Below, in pieces: positions 44,236 through 54,328 of a DNA stretch of 64,000 bases; the first letter of the stretch is position 1; each line of letters opens with the position of its first letter. The position numbers and the translations under genes are program-made. The stretch is from IMG/VR virus record IMGVR_UViG_3300029297_000002, positions 5,586 through 69,585 of that record, one strand, 5' to 3'. This DNA comes from a virus (lineage: Duplodnaviria; Caudoviricetes). The notes beneath the pieces were generated by a model. That model did no database searches and was not told the DNA's origin. It saw only the letters and a program-made list of their open reading frames with translations.

Positions 44236-46420
44236 ACGCGATGGTCGTAAGGTGCCGTTTGATCAGATGCTTATCACTAAGGCGATTCTCGCCGCGATGA
44301 AAGAAGTTGGTACAACGGATGAAGACTATGCAATCAAAATCGCTAACAAGATTGCAACCAAGTGCCCCAATGAAATTTCCGTTGAGGAAATTCAGAATCT
44401 GGTGGAAGAGAGCTTGATGGCTTCCAAATATAAAGATGTAGCGCGTGCGTACATTTGCTATCGTAATGAACGTAGTAAGGCCCGTCATCGTGAAAGTGAC
44501 CAAACAATCCTTAGCATTATCGCTGCTGAAAAGAACGACATCACTCGTGAAAACGCCAACATGAACGCCGATACTCCTGCCGGCATGGTAATGAAAATCG
44601 CCAGTGAACGAAGCAAGGAACTGGTAGATGATTATCTTTTATCTGAAGAAACAAAGCAAGTTATTGCTGATAACATTCTTCATATTCACGACAAGGATTA
44701 TCTGCCTACCAGAAGTTTGACTTGCATCCAGCATCCCGTAGATAAAATTTTGAGCGGAGGTTTTCAGGCTGGACATGGAGAATCACGTCCGGCTAAACGT
44801 ATTGAAACAGCAAGCATTTTGAGCTGTATATCTATGGAGTCGGTTCAAAATGTCATGCACGGAGGTCAGGCTATCCCGGCATTTGATTTCTACATGGCAC
44901 CTTATGTGCGTGTTACTTTTAAGGAAGAACTCAAGAAGTTGGAAACTGTTAATGAGGTTGACTTGTCCGAAGCTTATGATGCACCTTATGATGATTTCCT
45001 TATCAGACCTTTGGATGGTATGAAATCGTGGGAGCGTATGGTACAGCACGCTATGAATGAAACTGTACGTCGTGTACATCAGTCTATGGAGGCTTTCGTA
45101 CATAACCTGAACACCATTCATTCCCGTGGCGGTAATCAAGTAGTCTTCAGCTCTGTCAATTACGGTACTGACACATCGGCAGAAGGCCGTTGCGTAATCC
45201 GTGAACTACTGTTGACTACAGAAAAGGGAATTGGTAACGGCTCTACTGCTATATTCCCCATTCAAATCTGGAAAAAGAAACGGGGCGTGAGCTATCTGCC
45301 TGGTGATCCAAACTATGACCTCTACAAATTGGCGTGTCGCGTAACGGCAAAACGCTTTTTCCCGAACTTTGTTAATCTTGACGCACCGTTCAACCAGCAT
45401 GACAAATGGCGTGCAGATGACCCCAAACGATACATGTATGAAGTAGCCACGATGGGATGCCGCACCCGTGTATTTGAAGACCGTCATGGCGAGAAGACTT
45501 CTGTGGGTCGTGGCAATCTCAGTTTTTCGACTATCAACCTTCCAGGCATCGCTTTGAGTGTTCGAGATATAGAAGATGAGAATGAACGTATCATCGCTTT
45601 CTTCGATAAGCTTAATAAAGCGATGACGGTAACAGCACGGCAGCTACTCGACCGATACGAGTTTCAGTGCACCGCTAAAGCCAAACAATTTCCATTGTTG
45701 ATGCAGGGCTTGTGGGTCGGTTCCGAAACTCTTGGCCCCAATGATGAGGTAAGACCAGTACTTAAACATGGTACCTTGGGAATCGGTTTTATTGGTCTTG
45801 CAGAATGTCTTGTAGCACTCACGGGTAAGCATCACGGAGAAAGTAACGAGGCCCAGGAACTTGGTCTGAAAATTATAGGCATTATGCGTAATTGCGCTCA
45901 GGCATTTTCCGACCATTACGATATGAATTTTTCTGTTCTTGCAACACCGGCAGAGGGTCTTTCCGGTAAGTTTACAAAGAAAGACAAGCAGAAGTATGGC
46001 CTCGTTCCTGGCGTAACAGACAGAGAATATTACACCAATTCAAATCATGTGCCAGTGTACTACAAATGTAGCGCTGCGCATAAAGCACAGATAGAAGCGC
46101 CTTACCACGAATTAACTCGTGGTGGACACATCTTCTATGTCGAGCTGGATGGTGATGCGACACACAATGTAGAAGCCGTAATGAATGTGGTGGATTTGAT
46201 GGACAAGTTCAATATTGGTTACTGTTCAATCAATCATACCCGCAACCGTTGCCTTGATTGTGGATATGAAGATGCTCAAAAGGAACTGCATACATGCCCA
46301 AATTGCGGAGGCGATAACATAGATACCCTTCAGCGTATTACCGGTTATCTTGTAGGCACAACAGATCGTTGGAACTCTGCAAAACTTGCAGAACTAAAAG
46401 ACCGGGAGACACATGAGTAA
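44219..46420 (+). CDS. nrdD: Anaerobic (class III) ribonucleoside-triphosphate reductase
   Basis: ATP cone VIKRDGR (start reassigned to 44219), HIHDKD, MGCRT, GRGNLSF, ATPAEGL, YYTNS, CxxC..CxxC, glycyl radical loop RITGYL. Confidence 0.97.
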   Translation: MKTVIKRDGRKVPFDQMLITKAILAAMKEVGTTDEDYAIKIANKIATKCPNEISVEEIQNLVEESLMASKYKDVARAYICYRNERSKARHRESDQTILSIIAAEKNDITRENANMNADTPAGMVMKIASERSKELVDDYLLSEETKQVIADNILHIHDKDYLPTRSLTCIQHPVDKILSGGFQAGHGESRPAKRIETASILSCISMESVQNVMHGGQAIPAFDFYMAPYVRVTFKEELKKLETVNEVDLSEAYDAPYDDFLIRPLDGMKSWERMVQHAMNETVRRVHQSMEAFVHNLNTIHSRGGNQVVFSSVNYGTDTSAEGRCVIRELLLTTEKGIGNGSTAIFPIQIWKKKRGVSYLPGDPNYDLYKLACRVTAKRFFPNFVNLDAPFNQHDKWRADDPKRYMYEVATMGCRTRVFEDRHGEKTSVGRGNLSFSTINLPGIALSVRDIEDENERIIAFFDKLNKAMTVTARQLLDRYEFQCTAKAKQFPLLMQGLWVGSETLGPNDEVRPVLKHGTLGIGFIGLAECLVALTGKHHGESNEAQELGLKIIGIMRNCAQAFSDHYDMNFSVLATPAEGLSGKFTKKDKQKYGLVPGVTDREYYTNSNHVPVYYKCSAAHKAQIEAPYHELTRGGHIFYVELDGDATHNVEAVMNVVDLMDKFNIGYCSINHTRNRCLDCGYEDAQKELHTCPNCGGDNIDTLQRITGYLVGTTDRWNSAKLAELKDRETHE

Positions 46421-46907
46421 TATACTATATGTAGCTAAGATTGTCAGCTCAACCTCAGTTGATGGGGTTGGGCTGCGCAATTCCCTGTATGTGTCCGGGT
46501 GTAATTTTCATTGTCCCAGATGTCATAACAAGGAATGGTGGCCATTGGAGTCTGGGCAGGAAATGACAATTGAGGAAGTTTATGCAGCTCTTAATGCTGA
46601 CGACTTCAATATTTCCATTCTTGGCGGCGAACCTCTTGTGCAGTACCCAGCAATTCTTGAACTGTGCCGACTCATTAAAGAACGCACTGATAAAACTATT
46701 TGGATGTGGACCGGATATGAAATGACACAAGTTAAAAGCTTGTTTAACGACCTGATAAAATATGTAGATGTCATAGTTGATGGGGTTTTCAAAGAAAACT
46801 TGCGAGATACGACACTGCCATTTAGAGGATCGAAAAATCAGCGGATTTATGAGATTGTACATAATCCAGAAATCCGCATTACTGATATATCTAACAGGTT
46901 TGATTAG
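46413..46907 (+). CDS. nrdG: Anaerobic RNR activating radical-SAM enzyme
   Basis: VDGVGLR, CxxxCxxC (CNFHCPRC), LGGEP, DVIVDG, FRGSKNQR. Confidence 0.96.
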   Translation: MSNILYVAKIVSSTSVDGVGLRNSLYVSGCNFHCPRCHNKEWWPLESGQEMTIEEVYAALNADDFNISILGGEPLVQYPAILELCRLIKERTDKTIWMWTGYEMTQVKSLFNDLIKYVDVIVDGVFKENLRDTTLPFRGSKNQRIYEIVHNPEIRITDISNRFD

Positions 46908-47028
46908 TGTAACAAGCAAACACTTTCAAAAATAATCTTTTTAATATAAATGAAAATGTTAAGTACTTGATTTACAGCAATAATACAAGACACATTTTCA
47001 AGTCCTTGAAAAATTTTCGCCCAAAAAT

Positions 47029-47059
47029 TTTGTTAGGTTGAAAAAATGTCTTAACTTTG
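47029..47059 (+). promoter_or_regulatory. Bacteroidetes sigma-A promoter for the recombination/replication operon
   Basis: TTTG (47029-47032), 19-nt spacer, TAACTTTG (47052-47059). Confidence 0.75.
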
Positions 47060-47091
47060 CAGCGCAATCAATAATAACGAATGAATATGAC

Positions 47092-47565
47092 ATGATTAGA
47101 AGTAAGGGCATAGTCGAAGTCCATGAGGGCTATGCCGACACCAGCGAGCTTGAAGAGGCTGTGGACATTCTGCCAGATGGAGAATATGGTTATCTCCTGT
47201 TTGACAAGAACAAGAACCGCTCGCTACCTCAGTTGAAGTTTCTTTTTGGGTATTTACTGAAAACTCTAAGTGAAGAGTTAGAAGGCAACCCAGATCCGGA
47301 AGCACTATACAGTTATTTTGAAGAGCTTTATGCTCCGATTCATCGCTGCAAAATCCCAGGAGAGGCAAATGTATTTGAATACTTTGACCTTAAAAACGAA
47401 CCAGCAACTGAGATGGATTATGTTATTGAAAAAATTATCCATCATGCCAAGACAGAATGGGGTATTGACCTGCTTTCCCGCGAAGGGATTAAAGCTGCTG
47501 AAGCAGCAGAACTTTATGCAGGTGCCTATGCTGATACTTGGAAGAATTATCAAAGGAAAGTCTAA
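47092..47565 (+). CDS. Hypothetical protein (possible NinB/Orf-like recombination accessory)
   Basis: Start reassigned to ATG 47092, downstream of the promoter; NRSLPQLKFLFG and EMDYVIEKIIHHA motifs. Confidence 0.5.
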   Translation: MIRSKGIVEVHEGYADTSELEEAVDILPDGEYGYLLFDKNKNRSLPQLKFLFGYLLKTLSEELEGNPDPEALYSYFEELYAPIHRCKIPGEANVFEYFDLKNEPATEMDYVIEKIIHHAKTEWGIDLLSREGIKAAEAAELYAGAYADTWKNYQRKV

Positions 47566-47579
47566 AAGACAATTCTCCC

Positions 47580-48983
47580 ATGATGGAACAAGAAAAAAAA
47601 GCACGTACACTCCATGACGTGTTTGCGGCATCCCAAGAAACATTTGATGACGCAAAGAAAAAGAGTGCAGAAGAGAGCAGCAAACGCGCCTCGTTTTTCC
47701 GTTTTGCCAAAGATGGCACTTATGCTATTCGTATTCTTCCTTTGGCACCAGTTCAAGACCAGGATGGTAACTTCTTACCGTTGGAACGTAAGGGCTATGA
47801 ATATCCGCTTCGTTCTTTGATGCTCAAAATTGAGAACGACAAGAAGCTGGTGAAGGGCAAGCCGTCTATTACCTATGTTACAGTTTGTAACGCCAAGTAT
47901 GCCTTTAAGGAAATCAACGCAGACCTTATTGACACCTATGTTTCCGTGGCATGTGAAAAGTACGCAGACGATGACAAGCTCTGTAAGAAGTTGCGTGAAG
48001 GCAGTTTTTCCGGTGGCTTGAAGTGGGATTCGCGTCGTTGCATGTATATCATCGACCTTGACAATCCCGGCGATGGCATCCAAATCCTCCAGCTTTCTTA
48101 TTCACAGTACAAAGACCTTGAAGAGCGCAAGTTGAACTTGTGGGGCAAACTGAACAAAAACGGAAAGATGGTGCCATGCCCTATTTCTTCTATTGACTCA
48201 GCTTATCCTGTTGAAATCACTCGTAAGACTGAGAATAACAAGCCGGCATACAGTTTCAACATCGACACCGTATCTGATAAGGATGTTCTGGACGAAGCTA
48301 TCCTCCAGCAACTGATTGACATGCCTCGTCTCCCAGAGCAAATTTACCGTTACACTCGTTATCATTTGGAGGCTACTGTTGCTTATCTCAGTCAGCTCGA
48401 TGAGAAGTTTGACATCGATGTGATGAGCGAAGACAAGGTTCAGAACTGTATTGACCAGATCAAGACCTTGCTGCCGGCAGACGATCAGTCTCACTTTACT
48501 CTTGGTGAGGGTAAAGAGGATGAATCTGATAGCGACTCTGCTAATGACATTGATTCTCTGTGGGCTCGTTACGATGCTCTTTGCAATGATGACCTCGATG
48601 ACCAGACTGCTGAAGGACAGGAACTTCGCACTGACATTATGGCTTATATTGAAGCGCATAACCTTGACGTAAAAGTAACTCGTAAGAAATCCAATGAAGA
48701 CATTCTGAATGAAATCGAGGATGAACTTGCCACAGTTGCCAACAATAGAGGTAATGAAGAAGAGGATGAGGAGGAAAAGCCCGATCCTGCACCTAAACGC
48801 CATCAGGCCCCTGTTGAAGAAGAGGAAGACGATGCAGAACCCGCTCAGCCAGCCGATGAGGAAGAGGACGATACGCCAGAACCTGAACGTCCCCGTTCAC
48901 GTCGTGAGCGCAATGATGACACCAACGAACCGGCTGCACGTGCAAGTCGCCGTGGAGCCCGTCCACCTCGTCGTCGTGAGTAA
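47580..48983 (+). CDS. Putative single-stranded DNA-binding protein (T4 gp32-like) with long acidic tail
   Basis: FFRFAKDGTYAIRILP, YPVEITRK; acidic C-terminus; upstream of the nuclease/ATPase pair. Confidence 0.6.
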   Translation: MMEQEKKARTLHDVFAASQETFDDAKKKSAEESSKRASFFRFAKDGTYAIRILPLAPVQDQDGNFLPLERKGYEYPLRSLMLKIENDKKLVKGKPSITYVTVCNAKYAFKEINADLIDTYVSVACEKYADDDKLCKKLREGSFSGGLKWDSRRCMYIIDLDNPGDGIQILQLSYSQYKDLEERKLNLWGKLNKNGKMVPCPISSIDSAYPVEITRKTENNKPAYSFNIDTVSDKDVLDEAILQQLIDMPRLPEQIYRYTRYHLEATVAYLSQLDEKFDIDVMSEDKVQNCIDQIKTLLPADDQSHFTLGEGKEDESDSDSANDIDSLWARYDALCNDDLDDQTAEGQELRTDIMAYIEAHNLDVKVTRKKSNEDILNEIEDELATVANNRGNEEEDEEEKPDPAPKRHQAPVEEEEDDAEPAQPADEEEDDTPEPERPRSRRERNDDTNEPAARASRRGARPPRRRE

Positions 48984-49002
48984 ATAACAACGCACTTTAA
49001 CC

Positions 49003-49040
49003 GAAATGTTCACCCAGTTAAGTCTGGGTGAGCGTTTCTT
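49003..49040 (+). terminator. Hairpin (possible attenuating terminator) after SSB-like gene
   Basis: GAAATGTTCACCCAG/CTGGGTGAGCGTTTC stem with G-U pairs. Confidence 0.55.
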
Positions 49041-49049
49041 AAAACTCCA

Positions 49050-50099
49050 TTGATTATGGCAAAGAAATCTCCCTGTGCGTTGTTGATAAATGACATTCAC
49101 GCCAGCAAAGACAATATAGCCGAATTTCGTAAGAACTGGAATGAGGCTTTACAACTCTGCAAGCAGAACGACATACTGTATCTGATTGTAGGAGGTGATA
49201 TGTGGCTTTCACGAAGTGCTCAAACCTTGGATGTCCTTATGGCAGTCCGTTGGGCTATCTTGGAAGCCACAAAACAATATGGGCTGTATGTGATTCTTGC
49301 AGAAGGCAATCATTGCAAGGTCAATCTTGAAAATGTCGAAGGCTACAGTCATGTGTTTTCTGACTATGAAAGTGTAGAAGTCATCAATGACTTTACCGAT
49401 ATAGACTTGTCTGATGAGCTTTCCTTATATGTAATGAGTTATTTCCCAGAAAACGGCTCTTTCATCGAAAGGTTGAGCGACCTTCAGCAAAACATTGACA
49501 GCAAGAAAAAAAATGTATTGTACATTCACGAAGGAATACGTGGAGGTTTAGCTACACCAAGTGATGATGAACTTCCGGCTAATATATTCAAAGATTTTGA
49601 TGCTGTATTAGTTGGGCATTATCATAACCGCAAGCAAATCCCAGGAACTAAAATCGAATATATTGGCTCTTCCCGTCAACACAACTTCGGTGAAGATGAA
49701 GAGAAGGGCTACACCATACTTTATACAGATGGCTCCACCAAGTTTGTCAAGAACGAAGTGAACCAGCGATACAAGGTTATCGAAGTCGATGTGGCAGACA
49801 TGGACGATACTTTTATGGAAATGTTGGTTAAAATCAAGGCTGACAATCGCTATAAAGTCAAAGTTCGTGTAAAATGCAATTCTGCCCAGTCGTCCGCAGT
49901 CAACAAACAGCAGCTTGCTGATGCCGGCGCAAACAAAATTGAGCTTGTCACAGAGCAAACAGAAGTGATACGCACTGACCATCAGAGTATCACACAGAAG
50001 TTTGACAAGTCAGGCATTAAGGAAGAGTACACCAATTTCTGTACTCAAAAATCCATCGATAATCAGCTTGGTCTCCACTATCTTGATAAACTGAAGTAA
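49050..50099 (+). CDS. SbcD/Mre11-like metallophosphoesterase nuclease (T4 gp47-like)
   Basis: DIH, GGD, GNH, GHYH, YIGSSRQHNFGE. Confidence 0.9.
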   Translation: MIMAKKSPCALLINDIHASKDNIAEFRKNWNEALQLCKQNDILYLIVGGDMWLSRSAQTLDVLMAVRWAILEATKQYGLYVILAEGNHCKVNLENVEGYSHVFSDYESVEVINDFTDIDLSDELSLYVMSYFPENGSFIERLSDLQQNIDSKKKNVLYIHEGIRGGLATPSDDELPANIFKDFDAVLVGHYHNRKQIPGTKIEYIGSSRQHNFGEDEEKGYTILYTDGSTKFVKNEVNQRYKVIEVDVADMDDTFMEMLVKIKADNRYKVKVRVKCNSAQSSAVNKQQLADAGANKIELVTEQTEVIRTDHQSITQKFDKSGIKEEYTNFCTQKSIDNQLGLHYLDKLK

Positions 50100-50101
50100 G
50101 T

Positions 50102-52444
50102 ATGTGGCATCTGAAATCCATTCACGCAAAAAATCTTTGCTCGTTCTTGGAGTTGGATTACTCTCCAAAACAAGGCGCTGCAACCCTGATTTTCGGTAAT
50201 AACCTTGATAGCGATTCCCAGAACTCTAATGGTTCTGGCAAATCCGCGTTGATAGAGGCTATTGCAATCGGACTTACTGGAGAACCACTCCGTAAAGTAA
50301 ATGCCGATGAAATTATAAATGACACGAAAGACGAGGCGTTTATTGGCATTGTTCTTACCAATGATGTATTAGGAGAGCAAATGACCGTGAATCGCCGCTT
50401 GTCCCGTAAGCAACCCCAGCAAATCCAAATCATCAAACAGTCAGGACCATACGACGATGATGCTGAAGAAATCAGCCAAGCTACGGTTGCTGATTACAAC
50501 AAATACATCCTTGACCAAATTGGTTTGTCCAAAGATGATATTTTTGGAAATTTCATTCTGACTGCCCGTAAGTACAAATCTTTCCTTGCCAGCTCTGATA
50601 AGGAGAAGAAAGAGCTTATCAATCGCTTCAGCAACGGTATCATGGTGGACCAGTCTATCGAAGAACTCCACACAGATATGGAGCCGATTGAAGCAGAGTT
50701 AAAAGAAGCGGAGAAAGAAGTCGCCACTTGTACCGGTCGTGTTGAAGCTCTTGGTACGGAGATAGAAAAAGCTATCAATGAATCGGCTGAACGTAAGGCA
50801 ACTAATGAATCTCGTATTAAAAACTGGAAGGACTTGATTGCTCAGAAACGTGCAGACATCCGTACAACTAAAGACAATATCGATAAGATTGACGCAAGTC
50901 TGGACGATTTGGATGCACTTGATGCAGAAATGCAGGAATTGGAAAACAGTGATAAGACTGTTGACGAAATCCTAAATACCATTGCAGATAGTTTCAAGAA
51001 AAACGACATTGCGCTCACCACGGATTATCAGCACGAGATAAGCGTTATCAATACTCAGTTAGATACTGCCGCTAAAAACGCCAAACGATTGGCCGATGAA
51101 GCTCAAAAACTGAGTGTTGAGCTTAGTAAGCAAGAGAAAGAATACAGCACAACAAGCGCAGAGCTCAAGGCTAAATTGGACAAAAACAACGCTAATCGCC
51201 AAGAGTGTGCTGAACACTTGGAGAAATTGACTAAGGCTGTAAAACGTCTGCGTAACAAAGCTGACTCATTGACCAATGAGGAGAGCACAAAAAAGCGTGA
51301 AGCTGCATCTCTTAAAAATCAGTTGGCCGGCATCATCCAGTGTCCGAAGTGCAAGCATGAGTTTGTCCTTAACGCTCAGTTGGATATTGAAGCAGCTCGT
51401 AAGAACTTGAAGTCTTTGCAATCTACCATCGAGCAGATTGGAAAGGACTTGGTTGCCAATAGCAACGAATACGACAAAACGGTACAAGATGGCAAAAATC
51501 AGCGTGATATAGAGTCTGCATTGGATAACGAGCGCAAGCAGATTGTGCAGGATTCTGACGACATTGAAGAAGCTATCCACGATGCTCGACAAGCTTTGGC
51601 TCAGTGCAACCAGAAAATCGCTGATGCCAAAAATGAAGTTACCTCTGTTCAGGGTAAATTCGCAAAAATCCGCAAGCGCATCTTTGATGAGGTGTTTGAA
51701 ACGATTGACAGTGCTTATAAGCGCCGTGAAAATCAAATCAAATCTCTGGAAGAGGATGTGAACACAATGAAAGGCTCTATCGCATCGTATGAAAAGGCTA
51801 TAGACGAGGTTCAAAACGCTTCAGAAGAGGACATATTAGTATCTCTTAGGAATAGTCAGGCTGAACATCAAAAAGCTCTTCAAAAAGCGGTAGAAACCAA
51901 AAATGAGGTAGAAGGGCGACTCAATGAATTGAAGGCTCAGGAAGCCTATTTTGTGGAGTTCAAGACATACCTCGCCAACACAAAAATCAATGCCATTTCC
52001 CAGATTACAAACGAGTTTCTGGAAACCATTGGCAGTGATATACGAGTTGCGTTATCCGGCTATACAATTTTGAAGTCTGGTAAAGTACGCGACAAAATCT
52101 CAGTCTCCCTTTTGAGGGATGGCGTTGACTGTGGCTCTTTTGAAAAGTTCTCTGCTGGAGAGCGAGTAAGAGTTGAACTTGCCAGCGTACTGAGTATGAA
52201 TCAATTGACGAATCTGAATTGCGCCGATGGGAAAGGTCTTGACCTTCTTATCGCGGATGAGGTTCTTGACAGCGCCGACGAGCAGGGGCTCGCAAGTGTT
52301 TTCAAGGCTCTCAACCAAACGCAAATCACTTCATTAGTGGTTAGTCATGGTTTGACCAATGAGGGCTATCCCAACAAAATTACTGTAACAAAAAGTAATG
52401 GGATTTCCTCAATTTATGAAACAACAAACAACGACCACAACTGA
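50102..52444 (+). CDS. SbcC/Rad50-like ATPase (T4 gp46-like)
   Basis: Walker A NGSGKS, coiled coil with zinc hook CPKC, signature FSAGE, Walker B LIADE, H-loop VSH. Confidence 0.93.
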   Translation: MWHLKSIHAKNLCSFLELDYSPKQGAATLIFGNNLDSDSQNSNGSGKSALIEAIAIGLTGEPLRKVNADEIINDTKDEAFIGIVLTNDVLGEQMTVNRRLSRKQPQQIQIIKQSGPYDDDAEEISQATVADYNKYILDQIGLSKDDIFGNFILTARKYKSFLASSDKEKKELINRFSNGIMVDQSIEELHTDMEPIEAELKEAEKEVATCTGRVEALGTEIEKAINESAERKATNESRIKNWKDLIAQKRADIRTTKDNIDKIDASLDDLDALDAEMQELENSDKTVDEILNTIADSFKKNDIALTTDYQHEISVINTQLDTAAKNAKRLADEAQKLSVELSKQEKEYSTTSAELKAKLDKNNANRQECAEHLEKLTKAVKRLRNKADSLTNEESTKKREAASLKNQLAGIIQCPKCKHEFVLNAQLDIEAARKNLKSLQSTIEQIGKDLVANSNEYDKTVQDGKNQRDIESALDNERKQIVQDSDDIEEAIHDARQALAQCNQKIADAKNEVTSVQGKFAKIRKRIFDEVFETIDSAYKRRENQIKSLEEDVNTMKGSIASYEKAIDEVQNASEEDILVSLRNSQAEHQKALQKAVETKNEVEGRLNELKAQEAYFVEFKTYLANTKINAISQITNEFLETIGSDIRVALSGYTILKSGKVRDKISVSLLRDGVDCGSFEKFSAGERVRVELASVLSMNQLTNLNCADGKGLDLLIADEVLDSADEQGLASVFKALNQTQITSLVVSHGLTNEGYPNKITVTKSNGISSIYETTNNDHN

Positions 52445-52904
52445 GAAACTTGCTCGTAATGAAGTGGCCGCACTCGACATCGCAACTCACACCGGCTTTT
52501 TCTGTTTGAATGAGCGTGGCACATGGGATTTCACTGAATCTATGCGCCGTAACAACAATAAACAGCACAAGGCTTTCCGAGACACACTGATTGATTTCAT
52601 CCAGCGTAACGGAATTAAGCAGGTTGTGGCTGAAGATGTCAGTGTAAATAACCACTTCACTGATACACGCAAACTTTCAGAGTTTCGTGGAATTTTGTTT
52701 GAGGTGTGTGACACCCTCGACCTGCCTGAGCCCCATTTTATCAATCCGGCATCCCTTAAAAAGTTTGCCACTGGAGATGGAAAGGCTACAAAGGCAAAAA
52801 TGATTGAGTTTTGCAAACTCAGATGGCAAATTGAGCCCGGCGATGATAATGAGGCCGACGCAATTCACATATTCTTCTGTTATATCAAGCGTTTTAACCT
52901 CTAA
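52416..52904 (+). CDS. RuvC-like Holliday junction resolvase
   Basis: ALDIATHTG, VVAED, LKKFATGDGKATKAKM, DNEADAI; start likely ATG 52416. Confidence 0.85.
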   Translation: MKQQTTTTTEKLARNEVAALDIATHTGFFCLNERGTWDFTESMRRNNNKQHKAFRDTLIDFIQRNGIKQVVAEDVSVNNHFTDTRKLSEFRGILFEVCDTLDLPEPHFINPASLKKFATGDGKATKAKMIEFCKLRWQIEPGDDNEADAIHIFFCYIKRFNL

Positions 52905-52906
52905 TC

Positions 52907-53170
52907 ATGCAGCCAGTTAATAATGTATTTCCAAAGGAAGTTAAGAAGCATAAGAAGGTTTTGAACAAGCATCTGAAAGAGTTCTATCAATTATTGGACT
53001 CCCAGCCCAAACCTTCAAATGAGACAGTACGAGCTGAGTTCATAAGACATGAATCAGAGTGGCGTGTACACTGTGTCATCCACCGTCTTGGGACACGTAT
53101 AGCAGATTTGTTTAATGCTAATGTGTCGCTCGCATGGGAACAAAAGTACACTCTACCGAACAAAAAGTAG
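52907..53170 (+). CDS. Hypothetical protein
   Basis: 87-aa ORF coupled within the operon. Confidence 0.6.
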   Translation: MQPVNNVFPKEVKKHKKVLNKHLKEFYQLLDSQPKPSNETVRAEFIRHESEWRVHCVIHRLGTRIADLFNANVSLAWEQKYTLPNKK

Positions 53171-53784
53171 ATGTCGATTGCCTTCCAGAAGTAATAGCCC
53201 GCAGAACAGTTCTCTTCAATCAATACGTTCTGCCCTTCTCTAATATGATCTACAAATTATGTAAGGATTATAGTTGGAGCCCGCAAAACGTAGAAGAGAA
53301 CTATTCTGAGGTTATGGTAAACTTCTATAGAAGAATAGAGACATACGATCCGAACCGACCAATAAGAACGTGGATTCACATTTGTGTCAAACGTCAGGTC
53401 TGGGCTTGTGAGCGACAGAGAAATGCCCATAATAATAAGAGCGACGACAATGATATTGATGATTATAGGGACGAATTGTTGAATGATGATCATGTCAGTG
53501 AAAATGTTTTGGGTGTAGATAATTGGCGTGAGCATTATAGTCCTGATATAGTTGAAGTCATTGACGAACTAAAGCCAAGATACCGAGACGCATTGATACT
53601 CCAGGAAGCTGGGTATTCACTGAAAGAAATTGCAGAGATTGAGTATGCTAAAGGTTCATTGAAAACTCTCAACATTGATACTATTAAAAGCCGGCTTAGG
53701 TTGGCAAGACAATATTTAAGAAACAACCTTACTAAAGATGGTCAACGAATACCTCATCAAACAGACCCTGAAGATGTTCCATGA
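53134..53784 (+). CDS. RNA polymerase sigma-70 factor, ECF-like
   Basis: Region 2 (VEENYSEVMVNFYRRIETYD..IRTWI) and region 4 HTH (GYSLKEIAEI..TIKSRLRLAR). Confidence 0.88.
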   Translation: MGTKVHSTEQKVDVDCLPEVIARRTVLFNQYVLPFSNMIYKLCKDYSWSPQNVEENYSEVMVNFYRRIETYDPNRPIRTWIHICVKRQVWACERQRNAHNNKSDDNDIDDYRDELLNDDHVSENVLGVDNWREHYSPDIVEVIDELKPRYRDALILQEAGYSLKEIAEIEYAKGSLKTLNIDTIKSRLRLARQYLRNNLTKDGQRIPHQTDPEDVP

Positions 53785-54328
53785 GATTGTAGTTAAGCTC
53801 ATACATCCAGGTTGTCGGCTTCCACAAGGCGGGGAACCGACAAGAGTTATGCGTACAGCTCTCCAACGGGTTGAAAAGAAATATGGTGCCCTTACAGCTC
53901 AAAGAATAGTTGATTATGTTGTGTGCTCATCCTATGCTTTCAAGGATAGGGGTGCAAATTGGAAATTGAACCAAGTATTTGGACCGAAGTCTCTTGAACG
54001 ATTTAACTCCGATAAAGGCCGTATGTTCTTTGAAAACAAATGGCTGGAATCTGAAGATTTGAGTCGGTCGTTACTGCTAAATATGATTGTTGACCGTAGC
54101 GAACACCCCAAGGCAAAATTCATTTTTGTCCCCAGTGAGGAAGGCACTAAGCAAAGGCTACTTAATAGAGAAGTCGGTTTTGCTATCTGTCAAACCTCTA
54201 CATTGGGGTGGTCGCCTTTGTCAACAGCATGTTCGGAGTGCCACTTTGTTGCAAAATGTAAAACAGAAACTCAAAAAAAATATCCGGAAATCTTCCGATT
54301 AAGAATAGAATATGTCAGCAAACAATAA
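53738..54328 (+). CDS. Hypothetical protein with C-terminal Cys cluster
   Basis: C-x13-CxxC-x5-C; directly upstream of the replicative helicase. Confidence 0.65.
   Translation: MVNEYLIKQTLKMFHEIVVKLIHPGCRLPQGGEPTRVMRTALQRVEKKYGALTAQRIVDYVVCSSYAFKDRGANWKLNQVFGPKSLERFNSDKGRMFFENKWLESEDLSRSLLLNMIVDRSEHPKAKFIFVPSEEGTKQRLLNREVGFAICQTSTLGWSPLSTACSECHFVAKCKTETQKKYPEIFRLRIEYVSKQ

Noticed and set aside
47038-47091. ORF-track start at 47038 (similarly 23187, 39616, 41083, 44108, 47538, 52398)
   Set aside because: These extensions overlap a promoter or the upstream gene. Downstream ATGs give better contexts and match domain starts.
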